From positions 1 to 64,000 of the forward strand of contig JBBRBI010000026.1 in assembly GCA_038206015.1 (NCBI GenBank): DNA of 64,000 nucleotides, written 5' to 3'. Every line of letters starts with the position of its first letter. Positions within the stretch are counted from its first letter, which is position 1. Both the position numbers and the translations under genes were made by a program. The DNA is from Bryobacterales bacterium (GTDB lineage: Bacteria > Acidobacteriota > Terriglobia > Bryobacterales > Bryobacteraceae). The notes below the pieces were generated by a model that saw nothing but the letters and a program-made list of their open reading frames with translations, was not told the origin of the DNA and made no database searches. This document shows positions 11,910 through 22,700 of the stretch, one piece after another.

Positions 11910-14393
11910 ATGCGCCAGCTACGAAAGCCCGAAATCATGAGTCCTGCGGGCCACTGGCCGCAACTGCGTGCGGCTGTAGAGGCGGGTGCCGACAGCGTCT
12001 ACTTCGGGCTAACGCATTTCTCGGCGCGGGCTAAGGTTGGCTTCACCGCAGAAGAACTTCCAGAAGCCATCGCTACGCTGCATAGACGGGGCGTCAAGGG
12101 CTATATCGCCTTCAACACCCTGGTCTTTGATCGCGAACTCGATCAGGCCGCCGCCGCCATCGAATTGATCGCCAAATCCGGAGCCGATGCAATCATCGTT
12201 CAGGATCTCGGTGTCTGTTCTCTGGCTCGGCAGATTGCCCCGGACCTCGAAATCCATGGCAGTACGCAGATGAGCATCACCAGCGCGGGCGGCGTGAGGC
12301 TGGCACAACGGCTCGGCGCGACTCGGGTGAATCTGGCTCGCGAATTGTCTCTGGTTGAGATCGAAGCCATCAGTCGCGAGACCGATTGTGAACTGGAAAT
12401 TTTCGTCCACGGCGCTCTTTGTGTCGCCTACTCCGGGCAGTGCTTCAGCTCTGAGGCCTGGGGTGGCAGGAGCGCGAATCGGGGGCAGTGCGCGCAAGCT
12501 TGCAGGCTGCCATATGAATTGGTTGTCGATGGCGCTATTAAGCCTCTGGCCGATGCGCGTTACCTCTTAAGTCCCGCCGACTTGTATTCTCTCGAATGGA
12601 TTCCGCGACTGTTGCCGCTCGGTATTTCTTCGTTGAAAATTGAGGGTCGCTATAAAGACGCCGAGTATGTCGCGATCACGACGCAGGCCTATCGGAAAGC
12701 TGTGGACGACGCCTGGGCTGGCCTTGAGGTTGGTCGTGATCGCCAGGACAAGCTGCACGTCGAGCAAATTTATTCGCGCGGCATGGGGGCTCACTTTTTG
12801 AGCGGCACCGATCATCAGGCGGTCGTGCGCGGCCGCAGCCCTCGCCATCGCGGCGTCTTGATGGGCCAAGTTACGCAAGTCACGTCCAAATCCGTTCGCC
12901 TGGCAACCAATGACGCGCATCAAATCGCGCCGCTCAAGCTCGGCGATGGGGTTGTCTTTGATGCTGCGGATTGGCGCAGCCCGCAAGAGGATGAAGAGGG
13001 CGGCCGCATCTATTCGCTCCAATCCAGCGCGCCACGCGTGCTGACCTTGGAGTTTGGCAACGGGGCCATCCGCTTTGATCGAATTCGTGTGGGCGACCTC
13101 ATCTGGCGCACCCACGACGCGGACACAGAACGCTATGCCAAACGCTGGACAGAAGCATCGCAGCCTGTCCAGCGGCGCAAGGTGGATGTATGTGTGGAAG
13201 CTCGCGTCGGCTCTCCACTGAAGGCCACGTGGTCATACAACGGCGAAGTTGTCGTCGAGTCTCCACAGGAATTAGTTGCGGCTCAGAAGCAAGGGCTGCA
13301 GATCGAGACGCTGCGTGCCCAGTTTGAACGCTTAGGCAATACGATGTTTGAGCTCGGCGACCTCAAAGCGGCAATCGAAGGCACACCATTCGTGCCCGTT
13401 TCTATGCTCAATGAACTGCGACGCGAGGCCGTCGCCAAGCTTGAGGCGGGCCTTGCGGAAAAAAAATCGCTTCAGACTTTCCCGAAAAGCTTGCCGACAG
13501 AATTTCCACAAAAACAAGCCCCATCCCCGCCACAACTACATCTGCTCGTGAGGGCAGCAGCTCAACTTAGTGCGGCCATAAATGCCCGGCCCTCCAGCAT
13601 CACTCTTGACTATCTCGACTTGTACGGCTTGCGTCCCTCCGTTGAACTTGTGCGCAAAAGTGGCATTGACGTCAGGGTTGCCAGTCCGCGGGTGCTGAAA
13701 CCTGGCGAAGAGAAAATCGTCGAGTTCCTGCTGAAGCTGGATTGCGAGATTCTGGTTCGTTCCGCTGGCCTGCTCGAAGAATTATCCGGTCGGCTGTCAC
13801 CCATGATTTCTGGAGATTTCAGTCTCAATGCCGCGAATCGAATCTCAGGCCAGATGCTCCTGGACATGGGGTTGCGACGAATCACCCCGACGCATGATTT
13901 GAATGCCCAACAGATCATCACGCTTGCCAATGGTGTCGGCGCGGATCGCATCGAGGTTGTGGCCTACCAGCATCTTCCGGTCTTTCACACAGAGCACTGT
14001 GTCTTTTGCCGATTCCTCTCTACCGGCACCTCCTATAAGGACTGCGGTCGGCCTTGTGAGACCCACGAAGTCTCGCTCAAGGACGAATACGGTCGTCGGC
14101 ACCCGCTTGTTGCCGACATTGGCTGTCGCAATACTGTTTTTGGTGCTGAGGCGCAAACTGCTTCTCGCCATCTGGATGCCTGGCGCACGGCTGGCATTGA
14201 ACATTTCCGGCTTGAGTTTGTTCATGAGAATGCTGACCAGGTTACAGCAATCGCCACGGCCTTTCAAGCAGTTCTCGACAAAAAAACAAGCCCCGCACAA
14301 CTGGATTTGCAGATCAGCAAGGTCCAGCCAGCGGGGCTCACAGAAGGTAGTTTACAGGTCCCGAAAAACCAGTCCGCCTTCCAGATACTCTGA
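11910..14393 (+). CDS. Long U32 peptidase family protein (RlhA-like RNA hydroxylase with DUF3656)
   Basis: HGALCVAYSGQC, NRGQCAQACR, LKIEGR, second U32-like Cys cluster near the C-terminus. Confidence 0.85.
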   Translation: MRQLRKPEIMSPAGHWPQLRAAVEAGADSVYFGLTHFSARAKVGFTAEELPEAIATLHRRGVKGYIAFNTLVFDRELDQAAAAIELIAKSGADAIIVQDLGVCSLARQIAPDLEIHGSTQMSITSAGGVRLAQRLGATRVNLARELSLVEIEAISRETDCELEIFVHGALCVAYSGQCFSSEAWGGRSANRGQCAQACRLPYELVVDGAIKPLADARYLLSPADLYSLEWIPRLLPLGISSLKIEGRYKDAEYVAITTQAYRKAVDDAWAGLEVGRDRQDKLHVEQIYSRGMGAHFLSGTDHQAVVRGRSPRHRGVLMGQVTQVTSKSVRLATNDAHQIAPLKLGDGVVFDAADWRSPQEDEEGGRIYSLQSSAPRVLTLEFGNGAIRFDRIRVGDLIWRTHDADTERYAKRWTEASQPVQRRKVDVCVEARVGSPLKATWSYNGEVVVESPQELVAAQKQGLQIETLRAQFERLGNTMFELGDLKAAIEGTPFVPVSMLNELRREAVAKLEAGLAEKKSLQTFPKSLPTEFPQKQAPSPPQLHLLVRAAAQLSAAINARPSSITLDYLDLYGLRPSVELVRKSGIDVRVASPRVLKPGEEKIVEFLLKLDCEILVRSAGLLEELSGRLSPMISGDFSLNAANRISGQMLLDMGLRRITPTHDLNAQQIITLANGVGADRIEVVAYQHLPVFHTEHCVFCRFLSTGTSYKDCGRPCETHEVSLKDEYGRRHPLVADIGCRNTVFGAEAQTASRHLDAWRTAGIEHFRLEFVHENADQVTAIATAFQAVLDKKTSPAQLDLQISKVQPAGLTEGSLQVPKNQSAFQIL

Positions 14394-14397
14394 GTCT

Positions 14398-14964
14398 CTA
14401 GACCTGGGTGCCTGTTAGGATCGGTCGATCCGTTTCAGCGTAATCCGCCCCCGCTTCTCCACTGGAGGAGATATCGGTAGCGCCCATGCTCTTCAACATC
14501 TCTTTTGCCTTGGATGTCCATTCGCTGTTGTCGCAATGGATCGACATCAGAATACCGCCCTCTTTGACGCGACCTTCATAACGCATCGACTCGTACTCGG
14601 GGATTCCCGCGCCGACGATTGCGCCGCCGAGGCCACCGAGAGCTGCTCCGGCACCTAAGCCGCTGAGTGCGGCCATGATCGGTCCAGCCGCGATGAATGG
14701 ACCTACGCCTGGGATTGCCAAAGCGCCGATACCTACAAGCCAGCCAAAGACGCCTCCAGCAATCGCGCCGGTCGCACCAGCCCCGGCTGCACCCTCAGAA
14801 GCCTTAGTCGACTTCTCGGTGCCAATATCCTTGTTGCCAACATTCTCAGGCATCAAGACTGAAATATCAGCTGCACGATAGCCATGAATCTGCAATTGTT
14901 CAATTGCGTTCTCTACTCCAACTCTCGTGTTGAAAATTCCGTAAACGGACGTATTTTTGCTCAT
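14398..14964 (-). CDS. General-stress membrane protein (glycine-zipper, 17M/DUF3341-like)
   Basis: GALAIPGVGPFIAAGP motif, GIPEYE, Gly/Ala-rich helices. Confidence 0.75.
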   Translation of the reverse strand: MSKNTSVYGIFNTRVGVENAIEQLQIHGYRAADISVLMPENVGNKDIGTEKSTKASEGAAGAGATGAIAGGVFGWLVGIGALAIPGVGPFIAAGPIMAALSGLGAGAALGGLGGAIVGAGIPEYESMRYEGRVKEGGILMSIHCDNSEWTSKAKEMLKSMGATDISSSGEAGADYAETDRPILTGTQV

Positions 14965-14979
14965 GATTTTCTCCTAATG

Positions 14980-15279
14980 TTATTTCGCGACTTCAAGATC
15001 ACTCTTGACAGTGTTCGGTCCGGCATGCTTTTTAGCCATAGCCTCAACCTTCATCTTTTCGTCCATGTTCTTTACGCTTCCCTTTAACGTCACGACACCG
15101 CCTGCGGTGACAATCGTGATGTTTCGGGCGCTAACAGACATGCCCTTGGTCTTTGTAATCTCCCGACGGATCACCCTGGTTGTTTCCACGTCAGGTTTAC
15201 TGTTGCTTTGATCCTGCGCGGTTTGCGCACAAAGTGGTAACGTGGCCGCCAGCATTAGATTCGCAATGATTAATTTCAT
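14980..15279 (-). CDS. BON-domain exported protein
   Basis: Signal peptide; NITIVTAGGVVTLKGSV; SD GGAGGG. Confidence 0.8.
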   Translation of the reverse strand: MKLIIANLMLAATLPLCAQTAQDQSNSKPDVETTRVIRREITKTKGMSVSARNITIVTAGGVVTLKGSVKNMDEKMKVEAMAKKHAGPNTVKSDLEVAK

Positions 15280-15449
15280 GTTTGCCCTCCTGTAATTATC
15301 CAGACGCTTCTGTCAAGGCAAGTTGAGGGCCAAAGCATTACCGCAGCAGAATCTCCATCAAGGGGTGGGTAGAGTCTTACATTTTTACCCTTCCTTCTAC
15401 AGATTTACGCTATAAGGAGCATGGCGCTTAAATTGCTGGGGAGATTCCC

Positions 15450-15986
15450 ATGAGCAAATTCATAAACACGATGAATCACCTTCCGGCGGAGACGCGGAAG
15501 AAAATGGCAGGTCTTCTCCAAGACAGCCTTGCAGCATCGGTAGACCTCTATTCACATGCCAAACAAGCGCACTGGAATATTCGAGGTGCTCGGTTTATGG
15601 CGCTGCATCTGCTCTTTGACGAAACCGCCGACGCGGTTCAGCCATTCGCCGATCTATTGGCTGAAAGGGCAGGACAGCTTGGCGCAGAGGTAAAGGGCAC
15701 GCTCCGTAATGCGGCAGCAGGGTCTCCCCTCAAGGAATACCCCTTGGGGATTGCACACGGAGAGGCTCACCTCCACGCACTTGCATCCAGCTTTGCTGAC
15801 TACGCAAAGATCATTCACGAAAACATAGACAGTGCAACAGACGCTGGCGACACCACCACGGCTGACCTCTTTACTGAAATTAGTCGCATCGTTGACCTGA
15901 AGCTCTGGTTTATCGAATCGCATTTCGAGCTCGATGAACCAATGCCGTCCAAGCATGACGCGAAGAAAAAAAAGAAGAAGGGCTAG
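15450..15986 (+). CDS. dps: DNA starvation/stationary phase protection protein Dps
   Basis: KQAHWNIRG, LHLLFD, DLLAER ferroxidase motifs, LWFIESH. Confidence 0.93.
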   Translation: MSKFINTMNHLPAETRKKMAGLLQDSLAASVDLYSHAKQAHWNIRGARFMALHLLFDETADAVQPFADLLAERAGQLGAEVKGTLRNAAAGSPLKEYPLGIAHGEAHLHALASSFADYAKIIHENIDSATDAGDTTTADLFTEISRIVDLKLWFIESHFELDEPMPSKHDAKKKKKKG

Positions 15987-15994
15987 CGCCGTTT

Positions 15995-17548
15995 CTAGTC
16001 GACGCTGAATGAAAACAGCGTATGCCCACAAGCAATCGCGATGTGTTGCTTGCCGTCCGCTGCCGTGTAGCTAATCGGATTGGCAAATGCCCTGCCGCCC
16101 ATCGGATAGCGCCACAGCAGCTTGCCGGTGCTGTCCTCAAGAGCCAGCATATCGCCCTCTGCTGTTGCCGCAAATACTAGCCCGCCTGCTGTGCTCAGGA
16201 CGCCTGACCACGACCCGGCACTCAACGCATATTCCCATTTCACTTTGCCCGTCATTGGGTCGATAGCCTTGATCGCACCACTGGCTTCTTCACCAGGCTT
16301 GGAAACAAAACGTCCAGCGATGTACCAACTGCCTTCATGATAGGTGTCGTCGCCCGTGTAGAAAACGCCGCCTTCATCGCGGGTCATTACATAGTGCAAC
16401 TTAGTGCTAGGGCTGTAGGATGGTGCCTGGAAGTTAGTAGCACCGGGTGAGTTCGGATAGACAGTGGTTCCGTTGGGAGTGGGGAAAGTATTGGGCAGTC
16501 GCGTAGGGCGGCCCTTTGCGTCAAGCTCACTCTTAGCCCACGTCTGGCGGACATACTGCTTGCCCAATAGATATTCGCCTGTCTCACGATCAAGCACATA
16601 GTAGAAGGCATTGCGGTTGGCAAACAAAGCCAACTTGCGCATCTTGCCATTCCACATCTCGTCAACTAATATGGGAACCTGTGTCGCATCCCAGTCATGT
16701 ACGTCGTGCGGTGTGAACTGGAAGAACCACTTCAGCCTTCCAGTGTCTGCGTCTAGGGCGAGCAATGAGTCCGAATAGTAATTGTCTCCCTCACGTTTGT
16801 CGCCTTTCCAATCCGGACCAGGGTTGCCGGTTCCCCAATAGATGGCGTTTAGGCTGGCGTCATAGCTGCCCGTCACCCACGTCGTTGCAGAGCCGTGTTT
16901 GTAACTATCGCCTTTCCATGTCTCGGTGCCTTTCTCGCCAGTCGTTGGCACAGTCCAGAAGCGCCATGCTTCTTTGCCGGTCTTTGCGTCGAATGCCGCC
17001 AGATACCCGCGAACTCCAAACTCGCCGCCCGCGCTGCCCACCACCACTTTGTCTTTCACAATCAGAGGAGCCGCAGTGCTCGAATATGCCTTCTTGTAGT
17101 CAGCAACTTCCACGTCCCATAGGACATTGCCGCTGGACGCGTCCAGGGCCACAAGATGCGCATCGAGTGTACTGATGAAGATGCTATCTCCAAGAATGGC
17201 GACGCCTCGATTCACCTTTCCGCAGCAAAATGGCACGTTGTCCGGCAGCACCCGTTTATAGCGCCAAAGCACCTTGCCGCTATAGCTCTCGACCGCGGTG
17301 ACATCGCTTGGCGGCTCTGACACGTAAAGGATGCCGTCCCGTGCAATCGGACTGGCCTCGAACTTATCCAGCTTGTCAATTTGGAAACTCCAAGCGGGCT
17401 TGAGGCGGGCAACATTTGATTTGTTGATCTGCTTTAACGCCGAGTATCTGAACCCTTGCTGGTTGCCTTGAAAGTGCAGCCAGTCTCCGGGAGGTGCGGC
17501 TACCTGTGCCGCCAAAATCGAAGCACAGAAAAAGATTACAGCCTTCAC
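15995..17548 (-). CDS. PQQ-family dehydrogenase (methanol/ethanol dehydrogenase-like)
   Basis: Signal peptide; vicinal CC (FCCGKVNRG), GGEFGVRG, WGTGNPGP, PHDVHDWD; Trp-docking repeats. Confidence 0.88.
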   Translation of the reverse strand: MKAVIFFCASILAAQVAAPPGDWLHFQGNQQGFRYSALKQINKSNVARLKPAWSFQIDKLDKFEASPIARDGILYVSEPPSDVTAVESYSGKVLWRYKRVLPDNVPFCCGKVNRGVAILGDSIFISTLDAHLVALDASSGNVLWDVEVADYKKAYSSTAAPLIVKDKVVVGSAGGEFGVRGYLAAFDAKTGKEAWRFWTVPTTGEKGTETWKGDSYKHGSATTWVTGSYDASLNAIYWGTGNPGPDWKGDKREGDNYYSDSLLALDADTGRLKWFFQFTPHDVHDWDATQVPILVDEMWNGKMRKLALFANRNAFYYVLDRETGEYLLGKQYVRQTWAKSELDAKGRPTRLPNTFPTPNGTTVYPNSPGATNFQAPSYSPSTKLHYVMTRDEGGVFYTGDDTYHEGSWYIAGRFVSKPGEEASGAIKAIDPMTGKVKWEYALSAGSWSGVLSTAGGLVFAATAEGDMLALEDSTGKLLWRYPMGGRAFANPISYTAADGKQHIAIACGHTLFSFSVD

Positions 17549-18294
17549 ATTGCACCCCTCAGAGAAAACAAATAAACTACCAGATCGTCTAATTCCTTCG
17601 CGCTCAACCGGCTCTGGTAGCTCGGCATCGAAGACTTTGTCAAGTCACGCGTGATCGCTGTCGTTTGATCCTTTGCGATGCTTTGGATTTTTCCGCGTCC
17701 GTCGCGCACATTGATCCGAAAGTTATCCTCGCTCAGCCGAATACCGTTCACTTGCGGCCCTGCCTTGGTCGTGATGTGAACCATCGTCCAACCTCCAGCC
17801 AACGCTGCGTTCGGTTCCACCACCGATGTGCGAAGATTCGCCGGGCTGCGCATTGCACCGATCAAAGTGAGGTCAGGGCCATTCTTGCCGCCGATCCCAC
17901 CAACCATATGACAACCGCCGCAACCTTTGCCCTGATAGACAGTTTTGCCATTGACCAAGTCACCCGCCACCGTAATGGGCGCTGAGCGGCCAAGGGATCG
18001 GACATAGCCCACCACCTGGAGCATCTGTTCATCGGTCATGCCAAGCGCCGGCGGCATATCGGTCCCGAGGATGCCATTTCTGATTATGCTGAGCAGCGCC
18101 GTATCGGTCGGGGCGTGCACCAGGTTTGGTGACACCAGGTTGGCTGCGAAGCCATCATCGCCACGGCCGTGGCAGAAAGCGCAATGTATCTGGAACTGAG
18201 TCATACCAGCGCTCAGACTCGCCGGGTCCGTGGGTGCTTTAGTCTGCGCCCATGCGCCAGCGACAAGCGATAAACCAATCAAAATTAACCGCAT
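17545..18294 (-). CDS. Diheme c-type cytochrome
   Basis: Signal peptide; CAFCH and CGGCH heme motifs, GPDLT, distal MP motifs; start re-assigned to ATG 18294. Confidence 0.85.
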   Translation of the reverse strand: MRLILIGLSLVAGAWAQTKAPTDPASLSAGMTQFQIHCAFCHGRGDDGFAANLVSPNLVHAPTDTALLSIIRNGILGTDMPPALGMTDEQMLQVVGYVRSLGRSAPITVAGDLVNGKTVYQGKGCGGCHMVGGIGGKNGPDLTLIGAMRSPANLRTSVVEPNAALAGGWTMVHITTKAGPQVNGIRLSEDNFRINVRDGRGKIQSIAKDQTTAITRDLTKSSMPSYQSRLSAKELDDLVVYLFSLRGAM

Positions 18295-18307
18295 CAGGAG
18301 ATTCCTA

Positions 18308-18982
18308 TCATAAATTTCGAGGCTTCTGCAAAGTATTTGCGCCACGCGTTTCACGAAACCACTTCGGATGATGAAAACGCGCCCAGTCTTCCACTACATA
18401 CCCACGCAGCATGGCCCGCATCGATTGTGGTACCGCAGCCACTCCCATATAGATATGGACGATGATTCCGGCAATCGAACCGATTGCCGCCGCCGGGTGC
18501 AGCAGTATGGCCGCCAGGCGCAGCGTCCTGGGCATCCATTCCGGAAACCACAGCACGATGCCACTCAAGAACAATAGCAGCGCAGTCACCACCTGGCTCC
18601 AGAACAACATCTTCTGGCCCGCATTAAAGCGACCAGACTCCGGAAGTTGCGTGTGCTGGTGGGTCACATATTTTTCCATCCGACTCAACCAGACGCGATC
18701 GTCTGCGTCGAGAGCCATTGTCTTTGCCCAGCGCGCAAACATCCAGCCCATCACACACGAGAAAACCACGCCCGACCAGGGGTGCGTTCCCCGAATCACA
18801 AACCCGCCCCCGAATATTGCAGACAGCCAATACAACTTCGGTGACCAGATCGCAAGGCCTGTGAGCGTGGCATAGACAAAGCTGAGCGCGGACATCCAAT
18901 GCATCGTTCGCTCGTAGGCGTCAAAGCGCGGGATGCGAATCTCGGGGCTATTCAAGAGGTGCCTTCTCGTCCTTGTGCCCAT
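18308..18982 (-). CDS. fdnI: Formate dehydrogenase cytochrome b556 (gamma) subunit
   Basis: ERTMHW, HPWSG, FNAGQK, VHIYM, HHPKW; true start may be TTG at 18955. Confidence 0.92.
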   Translation of the reverse strand: MGTRTRRHLLNSPEIRIPRFDAYERTMHWMSALSFVYATLTGLAIWSPKLYWLSAIFGGGFVIRGTHPWSGVVFSCVMGWMFARWAKTMALDADDRVWLSRMEKYVTHQHTQLPESGRFNAGQKMLFWSQVVTALLLFLSGIVLWFPEWMPRTLRLAAILLHPAAAIGSIAGIIVHIYMGVAAVPQSMRAMLRGYVVEDWARFHHPKWFRETRGANTLQKPRNL

Positions 18983-19757
18983 GTAACTCGGGGTCCTGAG
19001 GGCCGTAAATCACGTAGTGGAAAAAGGTGCCAAGGATGGCCCCTATAAACGCAAACGAACCCAACCACTTCAACGGACCCTTCCAAAGCTGTACTGTCCA
19101 TGGAATCATCGGGTCTTTCGGTAAACCGTAGAGTTGCGGAGAGCTAGCGTCGTTCAGGACATAAATGACGTTCGTGCCACCGACTCCCGCAGGATTGTAG
19201 ATACCAGCATCCTTGTGCCCGTCTGCGCGAAGGTCTCCAGCTCGCGTTTCCGCCACACGCAGAATTTCGTCGCGCTCGCCAAAGGTCAGGCAATTCGTTG
19301 GACAGGTCTTAATGCAGGCTGGCTCCAATCCAACAGCCGTCCGATCCGAACAGAGCGAGCACTTATAGACCTTCTTCGTCTTGGGGCTCAATCGCGGAAT
19401 GTCAAAGGGACAACCAGTGATGCAATACCCGCAACCGATGCAGTTGTCATGTGCAAAGTCGACCGTTCCATTCGCCAACTGCACGATCGCACCCGGTGCC
19501 GGGCAGGCCGCGATGCAGCCCGCATCCGCACAGTGCATGCATTGATACTTCGACATCAACCACGAGGTGCCGCCATCCTTCTCAATCTCGTTGAACTTGA
19601 TCAGGTTCCAGAAATTGGGTGCCAAATCCGGCATCGTTTGGTAGCTGCCGTCAAAGGTGCCCAGCGTATATTCCTGGTCATTCCATTCCTGGCAAGCTAC
19701 TTCGCAGGCCTTGCAGCCAATGCAGAGTGTTGTATCGATGAGCTTTGCGACTAGCAT
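18948..19757 (-). CDS. fdnH: Formate dehydrogenase iron-sulfur (beta) subunit
   Basis: Four 4Fe-4S Cys groups (CIGCKACEVAC etc.), GVGGT, C-terminal TM anchor. Confidence 0.95.
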   Translation of the reverse strand: MLVAKLIDTTLCIGCKACEVACQEWNDQEYTLGTFDGSYQTMPDLAPNFWNLIKFNEIEKDGGTSWLMSKYQCMHCADAGCIAACPAPGAIVQLANGTVDFAHDNCIGCGYCITGCPFDIPRLSPKTKKVYKCSLCSDRTAVGLEPACIKTCPTNCLTFGERDEILRVAETRAGDLRADGHKDAGIYNPAGVGGTNVIYVLNDASSPQLYGLPKDPMIPWTVQLWKGPLKWLGSFAFIGAILGTFFHYVIYGPQDPELHGHKDEKAPLE

Positions 19758-22700
19758 CAGATTTTCTCCACATTCACAAGAAAGCCCTTGTACTCAGGTG
19801 TGCCCGAATTGGGGTCGTAGGCACTCGGGGTCAGATTATTGATCAGCGGACCGGTGACTTTGCCGACAAAACCCCAATGGATCGGCAACCCGATCTGGTA
19901 GACCTTTTCGCCCTTCACCTTCAGAGTCCGCAGGCGTTTCGTCACAAGTGCCGGGCCTTCCACTTTGCCCCGCGCCGATGTCACTCGAATCAGGTCGCCA
20001 CTGGCTATCCCCTTGTTCGCCGCAAGTTCTGCAGGTAACTCGACAAAGAAGTTCGACTGCAACTCTGCGCTCGAGCTCGTATGTTTGGTCCAGTAATGGA
20101 AGTGTTCCGTCAGGCGATAGGTGATGGCCACGTAGGGATAATCCTTGGCCTCTCCAAACTTGTCCGCCTCGCTGCCATAGCGCTTGAGCATTGGATTGGA
20201 ACTTACCAGAGGGTGCAATGGATTTGCCACGGGAGACTCAGCCGGCTCGTAGTGTTCCGGGAACGGTCCTTCCACCAGATCGGGTGCAAAGAGCCTGGCC
20301 ACGCCCTCAGGAAGCATGATGAACGCTGGCAGAGATCCCGGCTCTGCGTCTGCCTTGTAATCCGGTACGTCCCCGCGCCAACGCTCGCCATCCCACTTCA
20401 GCGGTGCCCTTGTCTCATCCCACGGCTTGCCATTTTCGTCAGCCGAGGCGCGATTGTAAAGAATGCGCCGATTTGCCGGCCAGCTCCATGCCCACTGCGG
20501 GTACAAGCCCAACCCAGTTGGATCCGCTTGCCCCCGCCGCGCCATCATGTTGCCCGCCTCCGTCCAACTGCCGCTGTAGATCCAGTTTCCACACGACGTG
20601 CTGCCATCGTCCTTCAACTCGCCAAAACCATTCAGTTGTTTGGTCGTAGTGAGATCGACGCCATTCACTTCGCGAGCGACCTCAGACAACAACGGCATCT
20701 CCGGCTTGGCATAATTCCACTGCATGTTCATCAACGGCTCCGGGTTTGCGCCGCCGTCCTTCTTGTAAAGGCGACGAAGTTCCAGAAACAGCTTTGCCAG
20801 GATCTCCTGATCGCGCTTTGCCGCACCTGGAGGATCGAGTGCCGCTTCCTTCCACTGCAACCAGCGTGACGAATTCACAAACGCACCATCCTTCTCTGCA
20901 AAGTTTGAAGCAGGCAACAGGAACACTTCCGTCTGAATCTCGCTTGCGTCTGGCAGCTTCGCATAATACTTTGCCGCGAGATCTTTAGCCCGCCAAAACG
21001 CCGCCGTCTCTGTCTCAAAGTTCTCGGCGACGATCAGCCACTTTAGCTTCGATAGGGCGGTCAGCATCTTGCCCGTGTTCGGACCATTGGCAATCGGGTT
21101 CATGCCAAAGCTGATCAGGCCTTCCACCTTGCCGTGATACATGTCATCAAAAAATGCACCCCAGGAATGGTCGCCGGCTTCGGCAACCTTCGGCAGCCAG
21201 TCGTAGCCAAAGCCATTTGCTGCGGTTGCGTTCTTGCCGTAGTATGCCTTCATCAGACTCTTGAAAAACTTCGGCGTGTTGCCCCAATAGTTCAGGCTCT
21301 TCGCTGCCAGGGGCTTCGGCGTATTGGCATTCAGGTACTCGTCGATGCTTGTCTGGTTCGCCTTCGGGATCTTCATATACCCAGGCAACATGTTCCACGC
21401 GCCCATGTCGGTGGAGCCTTGAATGTTGGCATGGCCACGCTGCGCGTTGACGCCGCCGCCTGGCATGCCGATATTCCCCATCAGCAACTGCACCATCGCC
21501 GCTGCATGAATCAGCTGCACAGCATGGCTATGGTGTGTCCAGCCCAGAGCATAAAGCACGGTGCCAGACTTGTCCTCCGCCGCAGCGATTGTGATCAGTT
21601 CTGCAGCCTTCAGAAACTCTGCCGCAGTGCATCCGCAAATTTCGGCTACCTGTTCCGGCGTGTAGCGCTGATAGTGCGTCTTCATCAGTTGAAAGACACA
21701 ACGGGGGTGCTCCAGCTTGGGGTCAGTCTTGGCATGACCCTGAGCATCCAGTTCATATTGCCAGGTGCTCTTGTCGTACTTCGTGCCTTGCCAGCCGGAG
21801 AAATGCCCGCCTTCAAAACCAAATCCTTCAGCGATCAGAAAACTGGCGTTAGTGTGTTGCTCGACATATTTGCGCTGATACTTGCCCGTCTCAAGAGCAT
21901 AGTGAATCAGCCCGCCAAGGAATGCGATGTCCGTGCCTGAGCGAATTGGTACATAGCAGTCAGACACGGCGGCGGTGCGTGTAAAACGCGGATCGATACA
22001 AATGATCTTGGCCTTGCGCACGCGCTTGGCTTCCATCACAAAACGGAATCCGACTGGATGATTCTCTGCCGGATTCCCGCCCATCACCAACACGACATCG
22101 GCGTTGGCAACATCGGTCCAACCGTTCGTCATCGCTCCTCGTCCAAATGTGGCGGCCAAACTGGTCACCGTAGGGCCGTGTCAAAGCCGGCTTTGGTTCT
22201 CGTAAGCCAGCAGGCCCAGGCTGAATCGAAACTTACTGATCAAGTAGTTGATCTCGTTTGTGTCCGTACAGCCACCGATCATCGCCAGATTGGCCAGGCG
22301 ATTTACGGTCCGGCCTTGCTCGTCTTTTTCCTCGAAACCCTTGTCGCGCGTGGCCTTGATTCGCGCCGCCATCATCGGGATGGCCTCAGCCCAGGAGAGA
22401 TCTTTCCATTCCGTCCCGCCTGCTGCCCGATAACGGATCTTGGTCAGCCGTCGATCACTTTGGACGAATTCTTTTAGCGAAGCGCCCTTAGAACAAAGCG
22501 TTCCGCGGTTCACCGGGCTATCCGGATCGCCGTCGATATGTACGATCGCCGGTTTGACGTTCTTCGCTTTGTCGCCGATCGTGTGAATCACGACACTGCA
22601 GCCCACCGCGCAATAAGGACAGATCGACAACGTCTTCGTTGTGCTTGCGGTCTTGAGTTCAGCAGGAGCGGCCACCGCCTGTCCCTCGACTGCACTGGCG

